This document shows positions 22,270 through 35,060 of a stretch of DNA of 48,739 nucleotides, in pieces. Under the pieces are notes generated by a model. That model was given only the letters and a program-made list of their open reading frames with translations. It had not been told where the DNA came from and ran no database searches. The position numbers and the translations under genes were made by a program. Position 1 is the stretch's first letter. The number at the start of each line of letters is the position of its first letter. Origin of the DNA: Scyliorhinus canicula (taxonomy: Eukaryota); the NCBI RefSeq assembly GCF_902713615.1, contig NW_024055829.1:62001-110739 (forward strand). Reading direction: 5' to 3'.

Positions 22270-24260
22270 GCGCAAAGTGATTCCACAACTAACACATCAG
22301 ATTTAAGCCCTGTCATCCTGCCACATGCAGCCCTGAATTGTGCTGGACAATTAAATAACTCACAGGAGGATGAGGTTCCAGAAATATCCCCATCCTTAAT
22401 TATGGAGGAGCTCAGCACATCTGTGCAAAAGACCAGACTGAAGTATTCACAACGATCTTGAGCCAGAAATGCCGAGTGGATGATCCATCTCCTTCTCTTC
22501 TGGCGGCCCCCAGAATCACAGATGTCAGTCTTCAGCCAATACAATTCAGTCCACGTGATAACAAGACATGGCTGAAGGCATTGGATACTGCAAAGGCTAT
22601 GGGCCCTGGCAACATTCCGGCAACACTACTGAAGGCTTGTGGTATAGAATAATAATAATAATCCTTCTTGTCACAAGTAGGCTTACATTAACACTGCAAT
22701 GAAGTTACTGCGAAAAGCCCCGAGTCACCACATTCCGGTGCCTGTTCGGAGGGAGAATTCAGAAAGTCCAAATTACCTAACCTGCTGGACCCCAAGCTGT
22801 TCCAGTACAGCGACAACACTGGCATCTACCGGCAATATGGAAAATTGCCCAGGTGTTGCCCTGTACACAAGAACCAGGACAAATCCAACCCACCAATTAC
22901 TGCCCTATCAGACTACTCTCAATTATCAGAAAATTGATGTAAGCAGCCATCGAAAATGCTATCCAATGGCACTTACTCAGTAATAACCTGCTCACGGATG
23001 CTCAGTTTGGGCTCCACCAGGGTCACTCGGCCCCTGACCACATTACAGCCTTGGTTCAAACATGGACAAAAGCGCTGAATGCCAGAGGTGAGGTGAGAGT
23101 GTCTGCCCTTGACATCAAGGCAGCACTTGACCAAATATGGCATCAAGGAGCCCTAGAAAAACTGGAGTCAATGGGAAGCAGAGGGGAAACTGTGCGCTGG
23201 TTGGAGTCATGGCCTGCACAAAGGAAGATGGTTGCGGTAGTTGGAGGTCAATCATCTCAACTCCAGTAGTTCTTCAGGGTAGTGTCCGAGGACCAAACTA
23301 TCCCCAGCTTCTTCATTTATGACCTCCCATCCAATATAAGGTCAGAAGTGGGGGTGTTCGCAGATGACTGCACAATGTTCAGCACCATTCACGTCTCCTC
23401 CGGTAATGAAGAAGTCCATGTCCAAACGCAGTAAAACGTGGAAAATTTCCAAGCGTAGACTGAAACGTCACAAGTTACAGTCGTGCAACACAAGTGTCAG
23501 GCAGTGGCCATCTCTTACAAGAGAGGATCTAACCATCGCTTCTTGACATTCAACGTCATTACCTACGGTGCAGTCCCCACAATCAACATTCTGGGAGTTA
23601 CCATTGATCAGAAACTGAAGAGGATAAGCCACATTAATACTGTGGCTACCAGAACAAATCAAAAGCTAGAAATCCTACGGCGGGTAACTCACCTCCTGAC
23701 CCCCCCCAAAAGCCTGGGTCCGCCATCTACAAGGCACAAAGCAGGAGTGTAATGTAATACTCTCCACTTGCCCAGTTGAATGCAGCTCCAACAACATTCA
23801 AGCAGCTCTACAACATCCAGGACAAAGCATCCAGTTCAATTGCTTCCCGTTCCACAAATATTCAATCCCTCCACCACCGACGAACAGTGGCAGCCGTGTG
23901 TACCATCTACAAGATGCACTGCAGTAACTCACCAAGGTTCCTTAGACAGCACCTTCCAAACCCACGACCACTACCATCTAGAAGGACAAGAGCAGCAGAT
24001 ACCTGTAAACCCCACCACCTGGAGGTTCCCCTCCAAGTCTCTCACCACCCTGACTTGAAAATATATCATTGTTCCTTTCCTATTGCTGGGTCAAAACCCT
24101 GGAAGTCCCTCCCTAAAAGCTCTGTCGCCGTACGTACACCTCAGGGACTGCAGTGGTTCAAGAAGGCAACTCAGCACCACCTTCTGAAGGGCAACTAGGG
24201 ATGGGCAACAAATGCTGGCCTAACTAGCGACGCTCATAGCCCGTAAATTAATCAAAAATC
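22270..24260 (+). mobile_element. Decayed L2/CR1-superclade LINE (RT through 3' tail)
   Basis: KALDTAKAMGPGNIP, ALDIKAALDQIWHQG, NILGVTIDQKL and HHRRTVAAVC fragments in shifted frames; tail AGGGATGGGCAACAAATGCTGG. Confidence 0.8.
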
Positions 24261-24864
24261 ACTCATTTACCCTCACTCAGACACCCTCACTCAGACAACC
24301 TCACTCACACACCCTCACAGACGCTCACGCGCTCACCCTCATTCACTCACACATACTCATCAACTATCAAATACTCACCATCACACAATCTCACTCAGTC
24401 AACCTCCCTCGCTTCCACATATCACACCTTCACTAACTCACACACTCACTCAATCACAATTACGTGCCGTCACTCACTCATCTACCCATAGTCACTCGCC
24501 TGACTCACTCATCTACAATCACATGTCCTCACTCATCCGCCCTCACTCACAGATCCTCATTCTCTAGCACTAATCACACACCTTCACGTACTCACCCTCC
24601 CTCACTCAACCTCATTCATCCACCCTTACCTCTTAATTCTTACTCAGCAACCCTCACTTACGAACTCTCACTGAACCACCCTGCCTGATTCAGTCAGTCA
24701 CCTACACTCACCAATTCTCACCCACTAACCTCACCCACGCACAGTCACCTTCCATCTCTCACTCATCTAACCTAACTAACACATCTTCACTCTCCCACCC
24801 TCACTAACTCACCTTAACTCATTTAGGCTGATCAGTGTCACACTAACCACTGTGCTACTCACAC

Positions 24865-25135
24865 AGCACGGTAGCACAGTGGTTAGCACTGTTGCTTCAC
24901 AGCGCCAGGGTCCGAGGTTCGATTCCCGGCTTGGGTCACTACCTGTGCGAAGTCTGCACGTTCTCCCCGTGGGTTTCCTCCGGGTGCTCCGGTAGGCGAG
25001 TTGGACAGTCTGAATTCTCCCTCAGTGTACCCGAACAGGTGTCAGAATGCGACGACTACGGGATTTTCAAAGTAAGCTCATTGCAGTGTTAATGTAAGCT
25101 TACTTGTGACACCAATAAAGATTACTATTATTATA
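24865..25135 (+). mobile_element. Composite SINE (HE1-like head, different tail)
   Basis: CAGCACGGTAGCACAGTGG...GGTTCGATTCCCGGCTTGGG head; tail GTGTTAATGTAAGC.TACTTGTGACA..AATAAAG. Confidence 0.7.
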
Positions 25136-25410
25136 AGCTCACTCACCCAGGCTCATTGACTCACTCTCACTCATTCTCTAACCCTCACTGACCGACCCTC
25201 AGTCAACCACCCTCACTAACCTACCCTCACTCGCCCAAACAAATTCACTCCCACTCACTCACCCTCCTTCCCACATGCTCACTGAGTCCCCCTCACACAT
25301 TCAGCTGCATTCATTCACTCAAACTCCCTCCATCATCATCTCTCACTCTCTCAATCTCGCTCGTCCACCCACACTTACTCATTCCCACGCACCTTAATCA
25401 TTAAAGTACA

Positions 25411-25678
25411 CTTACTCATCCTCACACACCTTATTCTTTCACCCACTCTCACTCATCCTCACACACCTTATTCATTCACCTACCCTTACTCGTCCTCACA
25501 CACCTTATTCATTCACCCACTCTCACTCATCCTCACACACCTTATTCATTCACCCACCCTTACTCGTCCTCGCACACATTATTCATTCAGACACTCTCAC
25601 TCATCCTCACACACCTTATTCTTTCACCCACTCTCACTCATCCTCGCACACCTTATTCATTCACCTACCCTTACTCGC
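25411..25678 (+). repeat. 37-bp tandem repeat, about 7 copies
   Basis: AC(C/A)TTATT recurs at 25428, 25465, 25502, 25539, 25576, 25613, 25650. Confidence 0.9.
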
Positions 25679-26935
25679 ACACTCATCTAACCTTACTCAC
25701 ACAGCCTCAGCAACTCACTTACAATCAGTCACTCGCCCTCTCTATCCACTGTCATTAGCTCACCTCCACTTACTCACTCACCCACTCTCCAGTCCCTCAC
25801 TCACTTACCCTTACACGCACTCTTCGTAACTCACTCTCACTCACCTCAGTAACCCGCCAAGTAACTCAACTCACTCAATCACCAACTCTAATCCGTTCAC
25901 CCTCGCTCATTCACTCTCACTCACCGACCCTCTATCATCATTCCTCACTCCTTCACACTCATTCACCCTCATTCAACAAGCCTTTATGACCCACCCTCAC
26001 TCATCCGCACATCCCACCCGGACAGGGGGAAGTACCAGGCGCCGAGGTAAAGTGAAAATAAGCAGGACAATTGCACATCACCTGAGAAAAGTGCAGAGAG
26101 GCTGAGGAAAGTGCAGAGAGCCTGAAAAATGGCAGAGTTGGGGAGCAATGCAGAGGACCGGTGGCAAATGCAGGAAAGGAGGAAAAGTGAATAGATTCAG
26201 ACGATGCTACAAGACGTCTTGGCGAAACTGGTGGCAGCTGGAAAGCGCAGTGAGCTGGTTATCGGGAGAAGGCAGAATGTCGAAATAACACTACAATCAG
26301 CTGAGCCACGATCTTAATAAATTGCGGAGGAGGCTCGTGGGACCCAGTGGACGATTCCTGCTACTGTATTGAAGTACACGAAACCAGGATTACAGATTAC
26401 AGAATATCTTGAACACTACGCAAATTTGGGGTTTCATGTTCATTACGTAAATATTCATTCGAGGGATTTTTGAAGCCAAGTCACTATTCGCTGTGAGATG
26501 AATGGTAGTGAGAGGAGAGGAGGTGGCATCGGTCAGTTTGAACATGAGCAATTTGTAAAACTGCAAGATATAAATGAAGAGAACCTTCTTTATCACTAAG
26601 TGCTGTTGTTTCAGAAATAAATTGTGGCACAAATAATGCAGTAAATTGCCTGCTCTTCTCTATTAATCCAACGAATGGTGCGTCATTCAAGTGAAATTGC
26701 ATTTTATTTGTTGTGAAGTGATAGAGACGGAAAAATAGATGTGAGTTTCTAAAGAGAGAACAAACAGGTGGTGATTCCAAAATTATGGAACTAATAGAAG
26801 CTTAAATCTGGCTGTGGGATTTAATTAGAATATTTTAGGATAATTTAATTTTCCCGGTCAAATTTTGAAATGTTTGGTTACTGAAAAATCACAAATAACA
26901 GAGTCTAACTTGTTGAATGGGCCATTCTCTCCCAG

Positions 26936-27235
26936 CAACACCGTCTCCGCCCACTCTCTACAGCCTGGTCTCCTCCTGTCAGCAACACAACACCAATGGC
27001 TCCATGACCTACGGCTGTTTGGCGATGGACTACTCCCCAGAAATCACCAGCCTTACCTGGAAGAAAGATGGGCAGCTGATCACCAACGGAGTTCAGAAAT
27101 ACCCGTCAGTGAGAAACAAGAAGGGAACCTACACCCTGAGCAGCCAGTTAACCATCACCGAGTCAGAGGGGGGATGCAGCAAAATCAGCTGTGAGGTTCG
27201 ACACAGCGGCTCAGACAAGAGCATGGAAATGACAT
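26936..27235 (+). CDS. IGHM: IgM Cmu1 exon
   Basis: (A)[16 protein letters not shown]...[12 protein letters not shown]...YTLSSQL...SCEVRH; AG|/|GT phase 1-1, 300 nt, open. Confidence 0.96.
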
Positions 27236-27446
27236 GTAAGTGTTGTAGAAACTGTGACAATAGAACAGTTATGATTCCCTTGTATAGGGTCTTGGTTAGA
27301 ACACACTAATACTAATCTGCATTGTCTTGATCCCGCGAAATTCCAGGTTAGTGTCTACTGACCGCTAAATAGCTTTTTAAGTATGAGGTTGTTTGATTTA
27401 TTCTCAATTTCGTCTGTAAGAAATGTCTAACTTGTGTTTCTTGAAG

Positions 27447-27758
27447 GCCCTCCACCTGTCAACACTCCAAATGTTCTCCTCACCGTGAGTTTCCGTGACA
27501 AAATCATAAGACAGAAATTTGCAACCATCGTCTGTTCAATCATCCATTTCCGTCCAAAGTCGATGACGGTGAAGTGGCTGAAGAATGGACAACCCATGGG
27601 TTCAGGAATTGTCACCTCTCCCGCCTGTGAAGTGAACGGGAACTTCTCGGTGAGCAGTCGGCTGACCGTCTCCGCTGGGGAATGGTTCAGCAAAGCGGTC
27701 TATACCTGCCAGGTCACTCATCGAGAGGTCACCCAAAATCACAACATCATCGCATCTG
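27447..27758 (+). CDS. IGHM: IgM Cmu2 exon
   Basis: [23 protein letters not shown]...YTCQVTH; phase 1-1, 312 nt, open. Confidence 0.95.
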
Positions 27759-28392
27759 GTAAGAGACACAAACAGGAAACAATAAATCATCCTGAACTCT
27801 GATGTAGATCAATATCAGGAATTTGTTGAAGTTAGTAAAAAGCACAGAACAACTTCTAATATACTGCCATGTAGTTTGTGTTTCATTCTGATGTAAGAGC
27901 TGCATTAGGATTGCTCAACATTCAGGATGTTATAAGAAGAGCAAAGAATATTTCCTCTACTTTTAAGCCATTTAGTGAGTGAGGTGGACTTGATGTCAGC
28001 ATTATCCTGAGACAGCTGATTATATTTGAGAGGCAGTGGGTGTCTGGAACCCTTTACTGATAACAACTCCGGGTAAAGTGTTGGAAAGTTCATCCAACCT
28101 ATTTTTAAATCAGCCTTCGGCATTAGGTTTCTGAGATCAGGACTGGAATATTTGTATTGGGAATGCTGCAATACTGATTCGTTAGAATGATATCGTGGCT
28201 GACTGTATTTCACAATGAGAATAGTTTTCACAAATCAAACTGGTTTGCCATTGTGTATAGACGATTAAGAGCGATCGTTTGAGATTGATATTTCTAAGTT
28301 GATTTATTCCCATTTAGAGAGTGAAGGCTGAATCCTGCTGTCCTGATTCTGAAGCTGAAACTTGGGTTGATTTCCACTTTTTTCATTCACAG

Positions 28393-28701
28393 ATCTTTCC
28401 CCTTGCACTGATGCCTCAGTAACAATACTGCCACCGCCAATAGAACAGGTCTTACTGGAGGCGACTGTAACCTTAACCTGCGTCATTTCGAATGCTCCCT
28501 ATGGAGTCAACGTGTCCTGGAGTGAAGCGAAGAAGCCGCTGAAATCAGAGATTGCCGACCAGCCTGGGGCAGATACTGAGAGCGTGGTCAGCAAATTAAA
28601 CATCTCGACACAAGCCTGGCTGAGTGGGGCTGTGTTTGACTGTGTGGCGAGCCATCAGGACCTGCCAACTCCTTTAAGAAATTCCATGCGTAAGAAAATA
28701 G
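28393..28701 (+). CDS. IGHM: IgM Cmu3 exon
   Basis: [35 protein letters not shown]...[13 protein letters not shown]; phase 1-1, 309 nt, open. Confidence 0.95.
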
Positions 28702-28919
28702 GTGAGTGGAGAGATTGGAGCAATAAGTGAGCCATTGTGTCCATTCCAAGTGACAGCGCAACGGTGAATATTTAATATTCAGTGTATTTCTGGTCTATTC
28801 GGATTTCCACTAACTAAATATTCTTGGCCTCTAGACCTTATGGGGGGAATTGATATGCAGATGAATGAACAGTGAATTGAAGGCGGTGATATTGGGTTTT
28901 GATAGAGAAAGACCATCGA

Positions 28920-29950
28920 CTAGAAGACGTAAGAGCAGACTGAGGCCATTGGGCCCATCGAGGCTGCCCGGCTTTCAGTGAGAGCATGACTGATCTGATA
29001 TAATCCTCAATTCTACTTTCTCGCCTTAATTCATCCCTTAATTTATTTACTCATTAGAAATCTGTACATCTCAGCTTTAAACATACTTTACGACCCAATT
29101 CCCACATCTTATCTCTGTTAAAGATTTCCTCAGGTTCACTATCCTCTGCGAGAAGAAATTCCTCCTCTTATTTGTCTTAACTGGGCGACCCCTTACTTTG
29201 AGATTGTACCCTCTGGTTCTAGACTCTGCCACAAGGAAAGCAACCACTCAGTATCTACCCTGTCAAACCTGCTGAGGATCTTTTATGTCTGATTAGGTTC
29301 CCTGAATTATTATAATCCCCAGTGAGTGCACGCCCAATCTACTCAACCCCTCCTCATAATAAAATCCCTCCATACCCGGGCTCAACATCATGAAGATTCT
29401 CTGAACTGCTTCCCAAATCAGTATGCCTTCATTAGATAAGGGCACCAAAACTGTTCAAAGTAAATCAGGTGTGGTCTAACTAGTGTACTGTTAATTTTAG
29501 CAAAACGTTCCTATTTTTATATTCCTTTCCTTTAAAATAAAGGTCAACATTCAATTTGACTTCCCTATTACCTTCAGAACTTGCATGCTAGATCTTTGTG
29601 ATTTATGTGTGAGGTCCCCCCCAAATCTATTTGTGCTGCAGTTCTCTGCAGTCTTTCTCCATCTAAATAAAATTGAACTATTTTGTTCCTCCTATGAAAC
29701 TGTTCAGTCTCACATTTTCCGACGTTATATTCCATCCGCCAAGTCACTTAACCTGTCTCTGTCCCTTTGTAGATTATCTGTGTTATCCTCACCACTTGCC
29801 TTCCTACCAATTTGTGTCATCCGCAAACTTGGCAATAATAGTCACTTATCAAACGCTGTTTTGGAATTCATGCATATCAAATCTACTGTTTCCCATTTCT
29901 CTTGCCTGCTCCTCACCACCTCAAAAAATATAATAAATTTGTCAGGCTAT
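28920..29950 (-). mobile_element. Decayed CR1-like LINE 3' fragment in the Cmu3-Cmu4 intron
   Basis: Reverse-complement CR1 tail (GGCCATTGGGCCCATCGAG) and similarity to 33975-34700. Confidence 0.65.
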
Positions 29951-30375
29951 TACATCCGTTCTAATGGACTCTAATGGTTTCCCACTGACAGATGTTAAGG
30001 TCACTGGTCTATAGTTAGCTGTTTTCTTCACCCTCCTTTTTGAATAAGATTGGCAGTGTTACAATCCTGTGGGAGTAAGGTGCGGGGGGAGGGGAGCCAG
30101 GTGTGGAGCTTCTACACCAGCACAGGACAGTTGGGCTGAATGGCCTGTTTCCCTGCTGTTTGCTTTGTGCAACTTTCCAGTCCCAAAGCCGTACATTTTC
30201 AGGAAACATTATTGTGTCCACCTCTGCTCCGAGCTGGGAAACCGGACAGATCCCAAAGTGGAAAATGGAAACCTTCAAAATCCAACACAAAACACATTTC
30301 TCCCACATCTAACCGGCGGTTCAATTGTCTCCGGAATTCCCCATTTTATTGATATTTGTTGTACATTTTCTGCAG

Positions 30376-30765
30376 ATCCCAATCCGCGGGAACCGTCCGT
30401 CTCTGTCCTCCTGCCCTCGGCTGAAGACGTCTCCGCTCAGAGATTCGTCTCCCTCAGCTGCTAGTGAGAGGTTTCTCCCCCCCGAGAGATCTTCGTCAAG
30501 TGGACCGTCAATGACAAGCCGGTGAATCCCGGGAACTACAAGAACACCGAGGTGATGGCGGAGAACGGCAATAGCTCCTTCTTCATGTACAGCCTGTTAT
30601 CCATTGCAGCGGAGGAGTGGGCCAGCGGCGCTTCTTACTCCTGTGTGGTGGGACATGAAGCCATCCCTTGAAGATCATCAACAGAACGGTTGATAAATCC
30701 AGCGGTAACCGAGTTTTGTGAACATTTCCCTCGCTCTGATGGACACCGTTTAATTCATGTCAATG
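30376..30765 (+). pseudogene. IGHM: IgM Cmu4 plus secretory tailpiece exon, disrupted as assembled (four 1-bp indels)
   Basis: PREPSVSVLLPSAEDVSAQRFVSLSC then TAG TGA (30462-30467); frame resumes REIFVKW...[11 protein letters not shown] then TGA 30669; tail FVNISLALMDTVNSCQ* ends 30765 in a shifted frame. Confidence 0.9.
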
Positions 30766-30790
30766 AGAATCTATCACATTTTTAAACATC

Positions 30791-30806
30791 AATAAATAAT
30801 AATAAA
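30791..30806 (+). terminator. Poly(A) signals of the secretory mu transcript
   Basis: AATAAA at 30791-30796 and 30801-30806, 25-40 nt after the tailpiece stop. Confidence 0.8.
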
Positions 30807-31226
30807 GGTTTTTTTCCCCCCTACAATTGTGATTTAAATACACAACCGCTTAATTAATGGTGCTTCCGGTTTGCTGATGTTAGATTTGTTTAATGAGACC
30901 CGGATTTTCTACAGGTCTCTGACCAACGAGTTGTAAAACCCGCACTCGCAGATACACCTGTGTTAGAGTCTAATTTAAACTCAGTCATTCCAGGATTCAG
31001 CATAATATCGTCTTCGACTTTCCTCCCGCTGAGGAGAAATCGGATCATTCCCATTTCAGACGAACAGACTCATGGCATTGAGATCTCAGTGTTCCTAATT
31101 CTCAGATTGTCCATCCCTTTAAGATTGATGTCAGTTGCTGCATCACACCCACTGGGACCTGAATTGACGGTTTCACACAAACATGGACCAACAATCCCCC
31201 GTCAAAGGGACGGGAAAGCGAAATCG

Positions 31227-31448
31227 TTTTTTTTTGTTTCAGTTCCCAATCATTTTTCTTCCAATTGAGGGGCAATTTAGCGTGGCCAATCCGCCTACCC
31301 TGAACATCTTTGGGTGTTGGGGTGATACGCACGCAGATACGGGGAGAATGTGCAAACCCCACCGGACAGTGATCTGGGGCCGCGATCGATCCGAGTTCCA
31401 CTGCGCCGCGAGGCAGGCGGTGCTAACCACAATGCCACTGTAGCGCCC
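31227..31448 (-). mobile_element. SINE with 12-bp flanking direct repeat
   Basis: HE1-like body; GGAAAGCGAAAT at 31213-31224 and 31452-31463. Confidence 0.8.
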
Positions 31449-32534
31449 ACTGGAAAGCGAAATAGTTACCCACTGTACCCCACTACCACAACAAAGAGAG
31501 GAGGGACATTACTTAACCCACTGGACTGCCACTTGCGCCAAAAAGAGATGAAGGCATTAGTTAACCACTGTACCCCCACTCCCAAAAGAGGGGGTGGGGA
31601 GATATTAACCCACTTTATCCTGTCTCCCCCACAAGAGCGATTACCTCTTTCACCTCCACGCTCCCCGACCACCAAACGAGGAGTAAGGTCACCACTGTGT
31701 CTCCACGTGCACAACAGGGGAACCCAAGGGAATTTGCGTTAGCTGACCAGAGAGAAGAAGAAATAACTCCTACTCCTCACATTCCACAAGCATGGAGTTT
31801 GGGAGTGGACGGATATCTACTCTATGGACTGACATTGCAAGACGGCTTGCAGATTACGGCTGAAGGTTTTAAAAGCCGATCATGTTTAAGATATTCTTAA
31901 GATATCAATTGTGCAACATAATTTGAACTTTTTAGCACTCTTTTTCCCTCTTATCCGTTATGTCAAGGATGATTCCCCATCATCCAAAATGGTGATTGGG
32001 TTGTCCTGGGTTTCCACGGTTCTCTCCTGAAGCACCTCAATGTATTTTTGCATTAGGTCACCTTGCACAAAACAGATGCACAGTCCAACATATTCTACAT
32101 TGGCAGGCACAATACCCAGAACTGGCAAAGCTACAGGGAGCTGATACAAATTCACAGACACACAGATAAACAGACACAAACACTACGCATACATGCACAC
32201 GTACATACACCCACAGACATACACTCGCGCGCACACACAAATACACACACACATCGAACCCCATGCGTTAGCATAAACCCTGGCACATCGAAACACGAAA
32301 AACAGACGCAAACATTTTTTTTTATAAATGTTTTTTATTGAGTTTTCATGTTTTTATATATGACAAGTTACAAATTATTAGAGAGATAAAAAGAAAAACA
32401 CAAAAATTTAACATGTATATTTTACAGGTAAGCATCTTTATAACAACAATTGTGGCCGCCCCCCTTTAGCCAGCACACATATTTTACATTCCCCAATATG
32501 GCCGAGGCAATGTTTATAGGCATTTATTATAGTT

Positions 32535-32634
32535 NNNNNNNNNNNNNNNNNNNNNNNNNNNNNNNNNNNNNNNNNNNNNNNNNNNNNNNNNNNNNNNNNN
32601 NNNNNNNNNNNNNNNNNNNNNNNNNNNNNNNNNN
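32535..32634. other. Assembly gap (100 N)
   Basis: Exactly 100 Ns, a typical unknown-size placeholder. Confidence 0.99.
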
Positions 32635-32879
32635 ATTCAAAGAAAACTCTTACCAGATATAATTCACAATGCAACCAGAGTGCGAAGAAGAAAAGTACAA
32701 CACGTGTAAAATCCAACAATAACTTCATACCTAAATTTTATACAATGTAAAACTCCTGAACCTCAAAACACAGTAACTCTGATATAGCCAGACACAGTTA
32801 AGAACTTCCGAACGTCACAACACAGAATAACTCCAATCAGGAGAATCAAACAGAGTTCTAATTGAGATTCTGAACAAAT

Positions 32880-33800
32880 TAATTTGCCTCTTCAGGAGAG
32901 TTGAAGAAGCGATCCATTTCCCCGACACACACACATGAGGGGGTTGGATAGATCAAGCCAAACTGACTACTCTTTTCATGTAAAACATTTTTCACCCCGT
33001 TCACCCTTTTGTTCACCAGGTCCGCACTTACGTCCTGGTATAACCGAACGGAGAGGCCTTCCTGGTGCTCCGTGGCCCAGTGAAGGACCTGTTCCTCATA
33101 GAACATAGAACAGTACAGCACAGAACAGGCCCTTCGGCCCTCAATGTTGTGCCGAGCCATGATCACCCTACTCAAACCCACGGATCCACCCTATACCTGT
33201 AACCGAACAACCCCCCACTTAACCTTACTTTTATTAGGACACTACGGGCAATTTAGCATGGCCAATCCACCTAACCCGCACATCTTTGGACTGTGGGAGG
33301 AAACCGGAGCACCCGGAGGAAACCCACGCACACAGGGGGAGGACGTGCAGACTCCACACAGACAGTGACCCAGCCGGGAATCGAACCTGGGACCCTGGAG
33401 CTGTGAAGCATTTATGCTAACCACCATGCTACCCTGCTGCCTCCTTCTTAAAATGATGAAACTGAACAATAACTGCACGCGGGGGTTCCCCAGCACGCGG
33501 TCTCAGTCGCAATATGCACAATCCAGTTCCGGGAAAGGGGGCGCGAGCACATGTTTGCCCACCATTTTGAAAATCACGTTGGTGAAATATTCCGTGGGGG
33601 GTTTGCCCTCCACCCCCTCAGTCAGACTCATGATCAGGGTGTTTTCTAAGTCATTCAATTTAGCCCTTAGACTGTTATTAATTCCCACCACTGATGATAG
33701 ACTGGTTTCTAATGAAGAAATCCAATCGCTGTGATCAGATAAGGCAATTTCCATTGTGGAAACTTGACAGGGCCTAGTTTTGATCCCGATTAAATTGGAT
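32880..33800 (-). mobile_element. L1-like ORF1 fragment, split by a SINE at 33096-33440
   Basis: KLNDLEN...EGVEGKPPTEYF (33503-33754) and RLYQDVSADL..KR...FGLIYP...FFNSPEEA (32879-33095). Confidence 0.75.
33096..33440 (-). mobile_element. HE1/V-SINE-like SINE (GTTCTAT-type tail)
   Basis: Full head and body; tail GGGCCGAAGGGCCTGTTCTGTGCTGTACTGTTCTATGTTCTAT on - strand. Confidence 0.88.
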
Positions 33801-33974
33801 ATCTTAAATTAAAGAATTGATCACTCCAAATTAATCTACAGTCCAAACCTCTCGCAGGCTGACGGGAATTCGGACTTGGCCAAAGTCAAATACGCAACCC
33901 ACAGACAAACTGCCAGAACGTGTCTGGAGCTGCCCTGTCGATAAACATCAGGATACCATAGATCCTTTACATAA

Positions 33975-35060
33975 GAACATAAGAACTAGGAGCAGAAGTA
34001 GACCGTCCGGCCCTTCGAGCTCCGCCATTCTATAAGATCACGGCTGATCTTTTCCTGGTCTCAGAACCACTTACCCGCATTCTCGCCATATCCGTAATTC
34101 CTTTATTTTTCAAAAAAACATCGACCCTATCTTTAAATATATTCAATGAAGTAGCGGCTACTACTCCTTTCGGTAGGGAATTCCATACTTTAACCACCCT
34201 CTGAGTGAAGAAGTTCCTCCTTGATTCTGTCCTAAATCTGCTCCCCCTAATCTTGAGGCTATGCCCTCTTGTCCTACTTTCACCTACCAGTGGAAACATC
34301 CTTTCTACTTCTATCTTATCCATTCCCATCAAAATTTTATATGTTTCGATTAGATTCCCCCTCAACCTTCTGAATTCCAGTGAATATAATCCCAACCTAC
34401 TCAGCCTCTCCTCATACGATAACCCCGTCAACTCCGGAATCAGCCTAGTGAACCTCCTCTGCAGCCCCTCTAGTGCTGGCACATCCTTTCTCAAGTGTGG
34501 AGACCAAAACTGCACACAGTACTCCAGGTGTGGCCTCACCAGCACCTTATACAACTGCAACATTACCTCTCTACTTTTAAACTCAATCCCCTTCGCAATG
34601 AAGGACAAAATTCCATTTGCCTTCCTAATTACTTGTTGCACCTGCAGACCAACCTTCTCTGACTCATGCACAAGTACACCCAGGTCCCTCTGCATAGCAG
34701 CTGCAACTTTTTACCATTTAAGTAATAATCCGTTCTATTGTTACTCCTACCAAAATGCATGACTTCACACTTATTGACATTATACTCCATCTGCCAGACC
34801 TTTGCCCACTCACTCAATGTGTCAATGTTCCTCTGTAAGGTTTTACAGTACTCAGTACACTTTGCTCTGCCACACACCTTCGTGTCATCTGCAAACGTGG
34901 ATACCTTACACGTAGTTCCCAACTCCAAATCGTCTATATAAATTGTAAATAATTGTGGTCCCAACACCGATCCCTGAGGCCCCAACACCGATCCCTGAGG
35001 CACACCACTCGTCACTGATTGCCAGCCAGAATAGCACTCATTTATTCCCACTCTTTGTTT
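33975..35060 (-). mobile_element. CR1-clade LINE 3' portion (RT), frameshifted
   Basis: ORFs 34629-35129 (SGVPQGSVLGP...FADDTK) and 34030-34695 (RDLGV...RPHLEYCVQFWSP...FFTQRVV). Confidence 0.93.

Larger units (their letters stand above)
24250..26010 (+). repeat. Second CTCA-rich low-complexity tract (interrupted by a SINE at about 24865-25135)
   Basis: Same composition as 21300-22190. Confidence 0.85.

Noticed and set aside
31465-31720. Loose 50-bp-scale repeats (TTAACCCACT...)
   Set aside because: Too degenerate to define a unit or function
31958-32179. Partly hydrophobic ORF as the mu TM exon
   Set aside because: Wrong strand and no similarity to Ig TM motifs
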